This document shows positions 29,311 to 42,881 of a DNA stretch of 64,000 nt, piece after piece. Position 1 is the stretch's first letter. Every line of letters starts with the position of its first letter. Location: the NCBI GenBank assembly GCA_964016885.1, contig OZ024755.1, positions 8,742,001 through 8,806,000 of the forward strand, in the 5' to 3' direction. Origin of the DNA: Eledone cirrhosa. Lineage: Eukaryota. The position numbers and the translations under genes are program-made. Under the pieces are notes generated by a model. The model was not told where the DNA came from. It worked only from the letters and a program-made list of their open reading frames with translations, and searched no databases.

Positions 29311-29590
29311 ATATATATATATATATATATATAAGAGTTTTTACTACAAACATAATTTACCAGATACTTCCTTGTGGCATCAACTATTTTTCTGCATTAT
29401 TTACATACAAATATATAATTTTACAACTGAATAAACATATATAATTTAAGTTGATAGGAATGAATTTAAAGTATAAACAACTATTTTGTGAATTTGTTTT
29501 GATAATATATAACAGAAAAGCGACCTGGTTCTTTGCTTCTCTTATTACACTATGAATGTGTGTGTATACATACAAATATATATATAAACG

Positions 29591-29675
<85 letters not shown>

Positions 29676-30193
29676 TATATACAGTTATTTACACTCAATA
29701 ATCAAAAGAAATAACGAATACACTCTAACAACATCCGATTTGACATTTTCTTTGGTTTCTTAATTCACCGAAACTAAAAAGTTTTTTTCACGCATAATAA
29801 ACTCTTTCATTCAATGACATCAAAATCTGACGCACAGTTTCTGCAGACATACATATATCAAATAGTTAATTACATCACTTCATTTCTGTCAATATTGATG
29901 TTTAAGTATAAATGGTATTAAGAGAATTTATACAGTAGTATACAAAAGGGACGTATCATAGTCGAGTGGTTAAAATCATTCGGGAGGCCTGATATCTATA
30001 CTACTGAGTTTTGGCAGTTGTCTTTCATGTTAGACTCATATAAGGTATTGTGGTTTGAAATTTTGTAGACGCATATAACCTCTCTCACACACAAACTCAC
30101 ACCCCCATACAGAGATACACATACATACTACTAAAAACACACACACAGCATAGGCTCTCCATACAATACTTGTGTTGCGAATCTTTCTGTCTG

Positions 30194-30298
<105 letters not shown>

Positions 30299-30393
30299 AT
30301 ATATATATATATATAGAGAGAGAGAGACAGAGAGAGAGAGAGGGAGAGAGAGAGAGAGAGAGAAAATATATATATATATATATATGTATATAT

Positions 30394-30634
30394 AGGATGT
30401 TGGCAAGGCAGTGACAGCAAGAAGGTTTGGCTGACAAAATTCACAAGAAACTCAATGGGTTGACTCGCTTGTTAGTTTGAGGGGAGAGTGTAAGCGTTTT
30501 GTTTATATTGTATGACAAAGCTGGCTTCTTGAATTATAAGTGCAACCCATATTTAGCACAAAGCTGGGTCCTGGAATCGAATACACGGCTGCACGTTCGT
30601 GAGCTGATCTACGCAACCACTATGCCAGGCGCCT
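30394..30634 (-). mobile_element. Diverged tRNA-headed SINE
   Basis: Minus head AGGCGCCTGGCATAGTGGTT...TATTCGATTCCAGG. Confidence 0.5.
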
Positions 30635-30915
30635 TCAAAGACACGTAGACACACACATACATATGCATACATACACACACACATACACATAGAGGCATAT
30701 GTATACATAAATACTTATTTCCTGAATCCATTTCAACACATGATAAACAATAGCTATGGAGTCGTTTGATATATATAATATAGGGCTTGAGTGATAAAAT
30801 TATCTTTCACTATATTATTACTAACGACCTATTACCCATCATCACCGCTGTAGCTATAACCTTATTAGTAATATGAATGCCATCGCAGCCGATGATATGC
30901 ATTCATGTATCATAA

Positions 30916-30976
<61 letters not shown>

Positions 30977-31052
30977 TATATATTTATGTATATATATATA
31001 TATATATATTCCTATATATATACTTATATATATATATATATATATTAATAAA

Positions 31053-31093
<41 letters not shown>

Positions 31094-31617
31094 GTATGTA
31101 TATATAAATATATATATATACACCCACATATATATCACGGCATACTATTGTATTTCTTTGTTGTTCTTCTTTCTTCCTAGTCTCCCTTTACTTATAGTCC
31201 GCTGATAAACCAATAAAATCATTGGTTGATGAGCTGTGATATTTAAATAGATATATCTCGAATGCAATATCTAAATTATCCCATATACACCAATAGTGTT
31301 TATATGAGAGAATAAAATAGAGTGGTCTTATCAAAGAACTGCCATTAGGCACAATTCTCCAGAGAATATCTTACCACAGAGATTGCACCTTATCAAGAAT
31401 TTTCCGCACCACCTACAACCTTCTAAAGGGTGTACTTTTATAGATGATTTACGAATCATTTCACAGAAAAATTCATAACCACTCATAAACAGTCACTCCT
31501 CCTCACACTCCGTTTGACGTTGGCGACTAACCAACGAAATACACTCAGAATATTTCAAGTATTAGCTTTTTAAGTACCCGTTATAGATGCATACATACAT
31601 ACATATATATATATACA

Positions 31618-31664
<47 letters not shown>

Positions 31665-31684
31665 TATATATATATATATATATA

Positions 31685-31855
31685 TAGGAAAAGGTTCAGG
31701 AATCCGACGGCAGATTTCAAACCGTTTCGACGGCTATTTCTTGAGCTCTGCCGACGGGGTCCTGAACTTTTCCTATTACCCACTCTACTACCCAAATTAC
31801 CGAGTACTCTGGTGCGTTATGGTCCACCTGGTTCCTTACCACACTTCCTTCGTTA
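31685..31855 (+). mobile_element. Family C element (short inverted arm + long arm)
   Basis: Homologous to 32045-32247 in the opposite orientation; TA-flanked. Confidence 0.8.
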
Positions 31856-31959
31856 TATATATATTCATACTGAATAGGTTCATACTGAACCCGGTCATTG
31901 AAATGGTTATAGTATAATAAACCTTTTAAGGAATTACACGAGTCCAGCCTCCTGTTATT

Positions 31960-32044
<85 letters not shown>

Positions 32045-32047
<3 letters not shown>

Positions 32048-32247
32048 CGAAGGAAATGTGGTAAGGAACTAGATGGACCATAACGCACCAAAGTACTCAA
32101 TACTTAGGGTAATAGAGTGGGTAATAGGAACGAGTAGGACCCCGACGGCTGAGCTCAAGCCGTTTCGACGGCTAATTCTGGACCCAGTGTCCAGAATTAG
32201 CCGTCGAAGCGGCTTGAGCTCAGCCGTCGGGGTCCTACTCGTTCTTA
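32045..32247 (-). mobile_element. Family C element with a near-perfect 60-bp hairpin and HHR 3' half
   Basis: Arms 32124-32183 and 32189-32248 (2 mismatches), loop CCAGT. Minus strand 32166-32144 is GAAACGGC TTGAGCTCA GCCGTC (stem III plus GUC). Tail 32045-32123. Confidence 0.85.
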
Positions 32248-33616
32248 TATATATATATATATATATATATATGCGTATGTTTGTTTGTGTTTATGTTCCA
32301 CAGGAATTTGTGTTTCATTCTTACAGTATCCCTAAAATAATATACCAGTCATGAACTGAGGTTCATTTATTATCTTTACCCTTCCTCAAAATCTGTTGGC
32401 CTTTCATCTAAATTTGAAATTAATATCATATAATAGAGATTAATAGATTATCTGAGTGATAAGCAGCATGATCATAAATACAGGTAGCCCATTGTCAGTC
32501 GACACTAACATGTCCACATGTACAATCATGAGTCATTGCATCAAAAGTGAATCTTTCACTCTCTCGCCCTCTTTGTCTCTCCCTCTCTCTCTATCTCTAT
32601 CTCAATGCCTTTCTCTCTCTCTCCCTCTTTCTACCTCTCTCTCACTCTCTCTCTCTCTCTCTCTCTCAGTCTTCTACTGCTTTCTGCCCTAATCTGTTGT
32701 GATTCAGCTGAAGGTATCAATTTGCATTTAAGCACATCCGTATCATATCTCATAAACAGTCTCCTCTGATTTCTTGAAACGAGAGACAAATTTAAGCCGA
32801 GTATTTAGTTATATTGCTGACCGAGTTTTCTCCAATATTACAGTTTTCACTGTAGAAATACCTATTCTTTGGTAACAAGCCTGTTTCCCTCAATCACAGA
32901 GTTTGACAACCTTTACACTCTTAAGAAGTATTTTTAGATTAAATATTTTCAATTAAAATTACAGTCAATTATTTGTTCCAGCAACAGTATTTATTATATT
33001 TTAAAAATACTTACAACAAAGAATGGATTTAGCTAAAAAAGAATTTCTTACTCAATGCAATTGAATCTTATCTGAAATTGTTTCAATATCTGTATCGACC
33101 GGTTCCTTTTAGCGTCGGTTACGGTCGAAACATTTAGTTTCCTCGGACACAAAACTGCTGGTTTGGTCTGTAAAATCGGGAAAACAGTAGTGTTTTATTA
33201 AAGAACATGCTAGATACTATCTCTTCCTTATTGATCGTATGGATATGTGTGCCCGTTGTGCCAGCGGTGTGTTGGTGATTGGTGTGTTTTGGTAGGGCAT
33301 CTGACTGGGCGCTCTGGATGTTGTTGTTAAGTAGTAAATCGTTTCTCTTTCCCATTTTTTTTTTAATGAAAGTTTAATGTATTATGCTTCTATGCAAATA
33401 AAGGAAATTATGTATGTTTGACTAAGTCATAATTGATCGATTCTCGTAGTGTTTGATATGACGAAATATCTTTGCATTATTCATATAGATGAACTGAAAT
33501 TCTTTGATATGAACTAAACAATTCGATTCAAACGTGAGGTGGTCTCTCTATATAAACATATAAATCTATGTATCTCTCCCCTTCTATCTCTCTATATATA
33601 TAGTTACATACATATA

Positions 33617-33720
<104 letters not shown>

Positions 33721-33748
33721 CATATATATAGAGAGAGAGATAAATGTG

Positions 33749-33853
<105 letters not shown>

Positions 33854-33986
33854 GTGTGTGTGTGTGTATCTCACATACCACCAAATTCAAAATAACGACA
33901 GAACGTAGTTTCACTAATATAATAGAAAAATATACACCATATTCGTGTTCTACCTTTTTAATGACCACATTTCGTGGTCTTTACAA

Positions 33987-34065
<79 letters not shown>

Positions 34066-34246
34066 GAGAGAGTAAGACTGAGCAAAATCTTCTAACAAAC
34101 TAACATTGTCATCTATGTTATAGACTTATCACTGAACTCGTATCACAAAAAAGGAAGATGCGCTGAATAAACGAAAACAAAGCAATTCAGTAAAGTTGAA
34201 CGTGTCACAAATTATTCAATATCTAACTTTAATTGGATAGCCAATG

Positions 34247-34277
<31 letters not shown>

Positions 34278-34280
34278 ATG

Positions 34281-34337
<57 letters not shown>

Positions 34338-34782
34338 GTATGTGTATAAATGTATTGAAAATAGTGTGAGCCAACTCGTTGTACTCTATGTTTTTATGGT
34401 ACATTAACTCTGTACTGAAGCAGAATTTTCGATATGGCGTCTCGTTTAGTTGTATCGAGACGCCATATTAGTTATATCATATCTCGTGTGAAATTTAAAG
34501 AGCGTTATCACGCCGACTTTTATGGTGGATATAGCAGCATCATAAACCGCATGAAGACTTTCGACGAATTTTCAATATTTCAAAATTTTCCATCTCTTTC
34601 ATAATCACGCTATGATGCGCGGCTCTTCATTTCTATAGCACTCGACCGTTTAGTCTTTCTTAAATATCAGAATATCAATTGAATAAATGTGCGAACGATA
34701 AAAATAGTGAAATACTTTGAAAGAAAACAAAAAAAAAACGAAATTATACAAGTAATCTGCCTTTGTAATATATATATAGATA

Positions 34783-34837
<55 letters not shown>

Positions 34838-34944
34838 GCATATGTATATATATATACATATATGTGTATGTATATGTATATAGATATATATATATATAGA
34901 GAGAGACAGAGAGAGAGATGTATTTATATATATATATATATATT

Positions 34945-35041
<97 letters not shown>

Positions 35042-35045
35042 TAAC

Positions 35046-35091
<46 letters not shown>

Positions 35092-35627
35092 ATGTACATT
35101 ATTGTACGTATGTGTGTGTCTGTATGCGTGTCGAAACATTGATAGACCAATTTCTTTTTGTAAATCACATTTCTTTTTTCAACTGTTACTTCTTAGAGAT
35201 TAAAATGGAGATTTTATGAAGCAATACTACAGGGTGCACAACAGGAGGTACAAATCTCAGTCATATTGACAGCATTACTATAATGACACACACATATAAC
35301 ACGGACACATACACACTAGCACACTAACATTCATCAATATATATATATATATATGTATATATATATGTGCGTATATGTTTATGTGTTAAGCAAAAGAGAT
35401 CGAAGCTTCAGTTCGGAATATCTTTACGTAATCACAAGCAAAACGTGTTTCGTAAACGTCTAGTCCGGAGCTTTATTCGGTAACAAGCAGCTCGACTTTA
35501 GGATCGATTATCTCTTCTTGGGTATTGGAAATTTGAAACGGAGTATAAGCATCTATATTCGTCTAAGACACTAGACATGCCTCTCTCTCTCTCTATCTCT
35601 ATCTCTCCCTCTATATATATATATATA

Positions 35628-35794
35628 GTGCGGGTAAAATTCCTGAGATCCATGGACGAGTTCTCTCCAGCGGTCTCTGTCCCTCATTATCGCTACCATG
35701 TCCTGCGTCTCTAACAGACCAGTGTCTGTCCTTAGGGCATCAACATACGTTAACCTTGGTCTTCCTCTTCCAGTGTGTCCATGCAGGGGCTCCC

Positions 35795-35795
<1 letters not shown>
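35628..35795 (-). mobile_element. RTE-clade LINE 3' fragment
   Basis: WEPLHGHTGRGRPRLTYVDALRTDTG...MRDRDRWRELV matches the RTE ORF C-terminal motif W.P..G.R.RGRP..T..D....D.....DR..WR; lies between (TA)n and (TG)n. Confidence 0.8.
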
Positions 35796-35878
<83 letters not shown>

Positions 35879-36285
35879 GTGTAATCTGTTGAGCGCTCTA
35901 TACGTCCGAGTAACCGTGTAATTGGACCTCCGAGAGATTGACTAATCTCTGAAAAATATACCGACTCTATCCAACAGGCCATATTCTAAACTCCTCCTTC
36001 AGAATTAATGAAGTTGAGTCGTCTAGTGCTTCGGTTGTGTCTTCTAGTACTTACAGTGGTGATGTCGTGGGCGATGCATTTGTTCCTGAGCAGAGAGAAA
36101 AAGAAATAATTTCTCGCTGTTCCATTCCTCTCAACTGGCAATGTGAGCCAATACTACTAGCTTCGTCGATGGCCTGAGTTGGGGAAGGAGGAAACGTCAT
36201 GTTAAATACTAACGATGGGCAGACTTTAACTTTATAATTACACACATACACATACAGACATATATATATATATATATATATATAT

Positions 36286-36462
36286 AACAAAGAAGGTGTG
36301 ATACGATACCAGGTGGAGCATAACGCACCAGAGTACTCGATACTTAGGGTAATAGAATGGGTAATAGGAAAAGAGTCAAGACCCCGACGGCTGAGCTACG
36401 GCCGTTTCGACAACTGGATCAAAACGCCCGGAGATCAGCCGTCGGGGTCCTGATTCTTTTCC

Positions 36463-36464
<2 letters not shown>
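36286..36464 (-). mobile_element. Family C element
   Basis: Same tail and GACCCCGACGGCTGAGC...CAGCCGTCGGGGTCC foldback; TA-flanked. Confidence 0.8.
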
Positions 36465-36501
<37 letters not shown>

Positions 36502-36954
36502 AGGTATGTATATATATATATACAAAATAGAGTAGATACAATTCATATGCCATCGTCTGTGTATGGCAGTGTGGCATCGAAAAGAATGAGCGCAAGAATA
36601 CTTAAAGAATTCATTTACGTAATTTTGTATTCAAAAGATTATATTAGTTCTTTAACACAAGAAGATATTCTTTAAAAAGAGACACGCATAAATACATTAA
36701 AATATAATATACCATTATATTTTATGATTTGCTGCTGCTCTTATATATATGTATAGATTTTTGTTTTTGTAATCATGTATAGATTTTTATTATATGGCTC
36801 TTATATAATATGAACAATTCAAAACATTTGTAAATTCCAAATGTTTCTCTAATAACATTCTCATTTGTTAAATAACAGCAAGATCTGTTTAACCTTTTGA
36901 ATACGCATTCGCCTTTAGTCTCTCTCTCTCTACCACACTCTATTCTCTCTGTTG

Positions 36955-37002
<48 letters not shown>

Positions 37003-37321
37003 ATCTCTCTCTCTCTCTCTTTATATATGTATATATCCGCTTAGTATTGACAGTAGCAAGAATAAGTACTCAATACCACAGTAGAGATAAATATTTCCTA
37101 TTGAACGTGATTTCGAGGTTTCAACTTAGTTCGATCATCTAAAAATATGTATTTATATGTGTACATATATATGTCTGTATGTAGATGTACGTGTATACAA
37201 ACATGTATGTCGATAATATATGCCGACTTTTATAAATAAAGCTTCTTCAAATAAGGATATTACAAGGGTTCTTAACTTGTCAAATTGTCATTATTTCCGC
37301 TGAATAAATAAATAAATAAAT

Positions 37322-37372
<51 letters not shown>

Positions 37373-37411
37373 CAGATATAGATATATTTATACATATATA
37401 TATATTTATAC

Positions 37412-37525
<114 letters not shown>

Positions 37526-37574
37526 ACGTATGTGTGTGTATGTATGTATGTATTATGTATATTTGCATGTATGA

Positions 37575-37614
<40 letters not shown>

Positions 37615-39659
37615 GCAAGTTATATGGATCAAGAGAAAATAATGACAATTGACAGTTTAAGACCTTTTTATATTGTGTGTATATTTGCGTGTGTAAATGC
37701 GTGTGTGGCTTAGTTTATATGTAATTCATGCAAAATAATGCACAAAAAAATGTATAATTCAGTAGGCTCCATTTATGTAAATGCAATTTATATTAGTAGC
37801 TGTTGATTGTGTATACAACACCTGTTTATATATCGTTGTAATTGGTAGTTTTGTATCTAATTTCTATAGCCTGGAGACGTCTCTGGTGAGTTTGGTGGCA
37901 TTGCTTTAACAGTCACGCAAAATTCGCTCTTCCTACATGCAAACCAGTCTGACCGTTTCCTTGTATGGTTTTTCCGGACACAAAATTACCTGTGTCATAC
38001 ACTGTGGTGTCAGAAGCCCGCTGGCTCATCATCAACTGCATCTGGTACTTATTTCCTGTTGAGAAGAATGAAGCAATGATAATTGGAATGTTTTGCTCAA
38101 GTACGGAACCTACCATCCATGCTAGAATCTAAGAGAAGTGAGCAAAATCATACATTCATACTGTTTGTTTCTATCGTTAATTTTCCCATGATTTCAGAGC
38201 CTCATACATATTGCTTTTTAAAGTCATCTATGTATTATGTCCACCTCCTTCCTTGTTGCTACTTTAATTGATTTAGAAAGTCTATTCATTTTCCATTTGA
38301 AAACTATCGTATTCCACAATGAGAATTATCAACGTTCGAAGTATTTGATCATCTGTGTTAGTTTTGACCCGCTCATCTCAAGTATAATGTACACAAACTC
38401 TCAAGTTATGACGATTGTCTGATCAAATCGTTTGAGCTACTATTTGATACGTTTTAACATGATTCTATGGTCTTATTAAGTATGTAAAAGATATAGTTGG
38501 CTGTATAACATATGGTGTAGTATTCTTTGCTCTCAGTCATTCGGCAGTGTTAACATTAGCAGGGAAGTTCATTTCAGATTTAGAAGTTAGCAATAGTAGC
38601 ATAGATAAAACAGCCGACAGAAAGGAAAAAACATTACACATATGACGAAAATCATCGTATTCAAAACTTGAAACGTTGCGGGATTGAACTCATACGCTGA
38701 TAAACACGAAGAACACTTGAAAGATTTTTTACGAAAGATTTGGACTCCTTCTCAAGGCTTTCGCACAATCTGACAAGTTGTTGTTTGTCTTGGAGATTTT
38801 AATACCAGAGTTTATATGAGTCATGATAGCTGGGAGGGCTTACTTTACAAGTATGGTAGTACAGAATATTTGAATTGTATCAGGCTTTCATTTCGGAAAA
38901 TTTGTGTTTAATACAATTTTCATTTTTCAAACTCTGTTTTCTCTTTCTAATAGCCGGTTATTGACTGCTGACTAGCAAACTTAAAATTGTAAGGATGCCA
39001 AAAAGACGTCTGCAAGCGAAGAAGTCGGTTGATAGATTGAATGCTTGAAATTAGGGAAAAGGCAACAAAAAGAAATATACAAGAAAAAATAAAACAGAGC
39101 TAATTAAATCCTTTTTCTAACAGCATCATGAAAAACTAAAATATGTTAAACCTGGAAAAACAAGTGTTGATAACTACCACAGCACACTCACAATCGAGGA
39201 TGACTTGGTAACATGAAGTATGTCTTTGGTAATGGTTTTCAGGGGCCATCTTTTCGAGGAAACCTTCTCAACCCTCTCACACATGACCGTGTGCAACGTC
39301 TAAGGTGAAAATGCTAGTGAGAGATTGTAATGCCTCAGGATGAAAGGCAAAGCAAACCTCGATCGAATTACATAAAAAAACGTAAAAAGCCGAAATAATT
39401 ATCGCAACGCATTTTTCCCGAAGCTCTAACGATTGTGCGCCACTGACCGCCTTGTCGATAAGTAATGGGTTTTAGTAAGAGATGTGGTTCATAAATCAAG
39501 TGAAATATATTCTCCATCTGGTTGGCCGAGACCAAGAGGCAGAAGGTAAGATAGCTGGAAATGGAGAACACTCGTTCGGATGTCACATATATTTACACAC
39601 CTTCCATTGGTTTTTATTCATTGTATATATGCGTATATATGCGTATATATGCATATATA

Positions 39660-39875
<216 letters not shown>

Positions 39876-39995
39876 TTAACATTCTAACATGCATATTATT
39901 TTGTTTTCATACTATGATAGTAAGAGAGAAATCTTTACAGAATACAAATTTGTCATCCCATATTCTCTCTCACACATACACACACATACACACAG

Positions 39996-40112
<117 letters not shown>

Positions 40113-40675
40113 AACAAGCAATGCCTGTCAATCCTGGTTGACGGTGATATGAAATGACGTACTACAATGGCGATTTTATCAATGTTTAATATATGTTCAA
40201 TTTTCAAATAATTTTGTCTGCTTCCTGCAGAAACTTCAGACAAATTAATTGACTTGGTTTGGAAGTAAATCAGGATAAATCTATTTTTGTGTGCGATATA
40301 GCAATTAAATTCTAAAAACTGCTAATAATTCAACAAGAAGGGCACCAAAGTGTATAAGGCCATGACAAACTCTATCAGTGTGAAGAGATAGAATGGAGTT
40401 ATTATAAGAAACCTATTCCTTCTGAAGAGTAAAGAAATAGGAACTGTGAGAAAAGGGGAAAAGTGAAGTGTGAGGAGGAGTGTGGAGTGTGGGGTGGTAT
40501 GGAGTGAAGTGTGAACTGGAGCAAGGTGTGGTTGGAGTTGTGGTGATAATAACGGGTCGAAGATAAACAGAGAATGGATGTATAGTGGAGGTGAGTGTGA
40601 GGGACGTTGAAATTGAGAGAAGATAATGTAGTTGATGTAGATGGCGGTGGAGAACGGATAAGAAAGGGATGAAGT

Positions 40676-41114
40676 GAAGGAGGAGGAGGAGGAGGAGGAG
40701 GAGGAGGAGGAGGAGGAGGAGGAGGAGGAGGAGGAGGAGGAAAAAAGAAAACAAACAGACAGAGAAAATATTTGGAAGGGAGTGACAAATGATAGACGAA
40801 AACGAAAGAGATTTTGAAATAGAGAGAGAAAGACGACGACGACGACGACAACGACGACGAAGAAGAAGAAGAAGAAGAAGAAGAAGAAGAAGAAGAAGAA
40901 GAAGAAGAAGAAGAAGAAGAAGAAGAAGAAGAAGAAGAAGAAGAAGAAGAAGAAGAATTTGTCGGTTGGAAGGTCATAAGCATTAACTGTCCATCCATAG
41001 TAGATTTCTAATTAAACTGCCAACAATTTCTCGGCAACTGTGTGAAAGTTCATTTCATGCTGGCGGCTGGTTTGATGGAGCACTAAGCTGGATAAATCAC
41101 TTTGTACACATATT

Positions 41115-41174
<60 letters not shown>

Positions 41175-41300
41175 CAGCACAAGCTGTAATAGTACTAGTT
41201 GTTGTTATAATAGTAGTAATAGTAGTTATATTTAAGTTCGTGATGGTGTTGATGATGATAATAGTTGCATTTAGGTTTGTAGTGGTGGTGATAGTGGTGA

Positions 41301-41390
<90 letters not shown>
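40676..41390. repeat. Cluster of (GGA)n, (GAC)n, (GAA)n and (AGT)n microsatellites
   Basis: Direct reading; these produce the poly-S, P, R and T ORFs. Confidence 0.95.
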
Positions 41391-41575
41391 CAACATCAGT
41401 AATCTGAATCATCTACAATGAAGGTAGAGATATACTATCAATCACATGTATAAGGTATTCGCTTTTTCTGAGGTTTTCCCGGCTGCGAGGTTATTCCCCT
41501 TTATATCTCCTTCGTAGCCGAATGGGGAAAATGTAAGATTCACACTCATTATATCGTGTGTTCTATCCCCCTAGG

Positions 41576-41923
41576 CAGTGGCGGACTGGCCAGGTTGCCA
41601 GGTTGCCCAATGGCAAGTTGGCCACAGAGGGGGACCACTCTAGCATTACAAGGGCCTACTGAAGCATTGCAGGGCCCACTGTAGTATTTTAGAGGCCCAT
41701 GCTTTGCTTTCAAAAAATAGCTGAATTCTAAGAGAAAGAATAACATTTAAAAATAAATAAATAAAACAATTAAGCAAACCCCAGGGAATTACCAGAACCC
41801 AAAATATACGATAGTGCAAATAGCTGGAATCAGTGGTTGTACATTCTACTAAATCTAAAGCTTAGTGTATTCATTTATGCATGAAAACATACATGTATTG
41901 ACAGAGACACACAAGCATATGTA

Positions 41924-41994
<71 letters not shown>

Positions 41995-42881
41995 TTATAC
42001 ACGAACTACTGAGCAAATAATACTTGGTATCAATGGGTTAAAGATGTCAAATCAATTAGTGGTTAAGGCGGTATACACCCATACACACACACACATATAT
42101 ATATGTATATATACAGGTATATATATTGAGTGAGTGTGAAAGGCCAAAGGTCCTTATTGAAAGTCACTGATTTCACAAAATACACGCAAATGATTTAGAA
42201 GTCGACCCTAAGTCAGAGCAATAAGATTAAGAAGGATATGAACACCACAACACTTTGTTTTCAAAATTTTGAAAGTAGGTTTATAAGTATGAATTTTCAT
42301 AACGCTTTCGTAGTTGTCTCTGTGGCCTAGTGGTAGGTACTAGAGACGGTGGAGATCCTGACCTTGGGTTCAATCCTGGTCAAGCGGTACATGTAACCAT
42401 TTTCTATTTTTATTTTACAACCAATAGAAAAAAAACTGAAAAGGTTTACTGGGAACCCTACTCCCCACCAGGATCGAACTTCAGACCAGGTTCGCCACAG
42501 TCTATGATTCCTCAAACTAGGCCACTGAGACAGCTACAAAATTACGATGAAAATTGATAATGATAAACCTACTTTCAAAATCAAAGTTAAAAAGATGTGG
42601 TGTCGTTCATAGCTTTTTTTTTTGGAGCTATTAGTAACATTTATGCTCGACTTTTGGTCATTACTGAAAGTCTCTGGATTTCGCAAAATACATAATATTT
42701 TTTTTATTGGGGAAGGTAAGATGATTTTCTGCAAAAATTTGATTCCACTGTTTTGTTTCCACTTTTGTATTTTTCGAAAATGTTATTCATTCATTATAAA
42801 AATTAAATGATATCATTCTATATGTAGGTGGGCTCCCTTCATCTCCTGGCAACCCCTATGTTTAGACCCAGTCCGCCACTG
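41576..42881. mobile_element. Non-autonomous hAT-like DNA transposon
   Basis: Perfect 14-bp TIRs CAGTGGCGGACTGG (41576-89) / CCAGTCCGCCACTG (42868-81). 8-bp TSD CCCCTAGG / TCCCTAGG (1 mismatch). No transposase ORF. Confidence 0.8.
42238..42610. repeat. ~370-bp imperfect foldback whose arms each contain a tRNA-like head
   Basis: Left GTCTCTGTGGCCTAGTGGT...GGGTTCAATCCTGGT. Right (-) GTCTCAGTGGCCTAGTTTG...AAGTTCGATCCTGGT. About 75 bp of upstream flank is also inverted-homologous. Confidence 0.7.
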
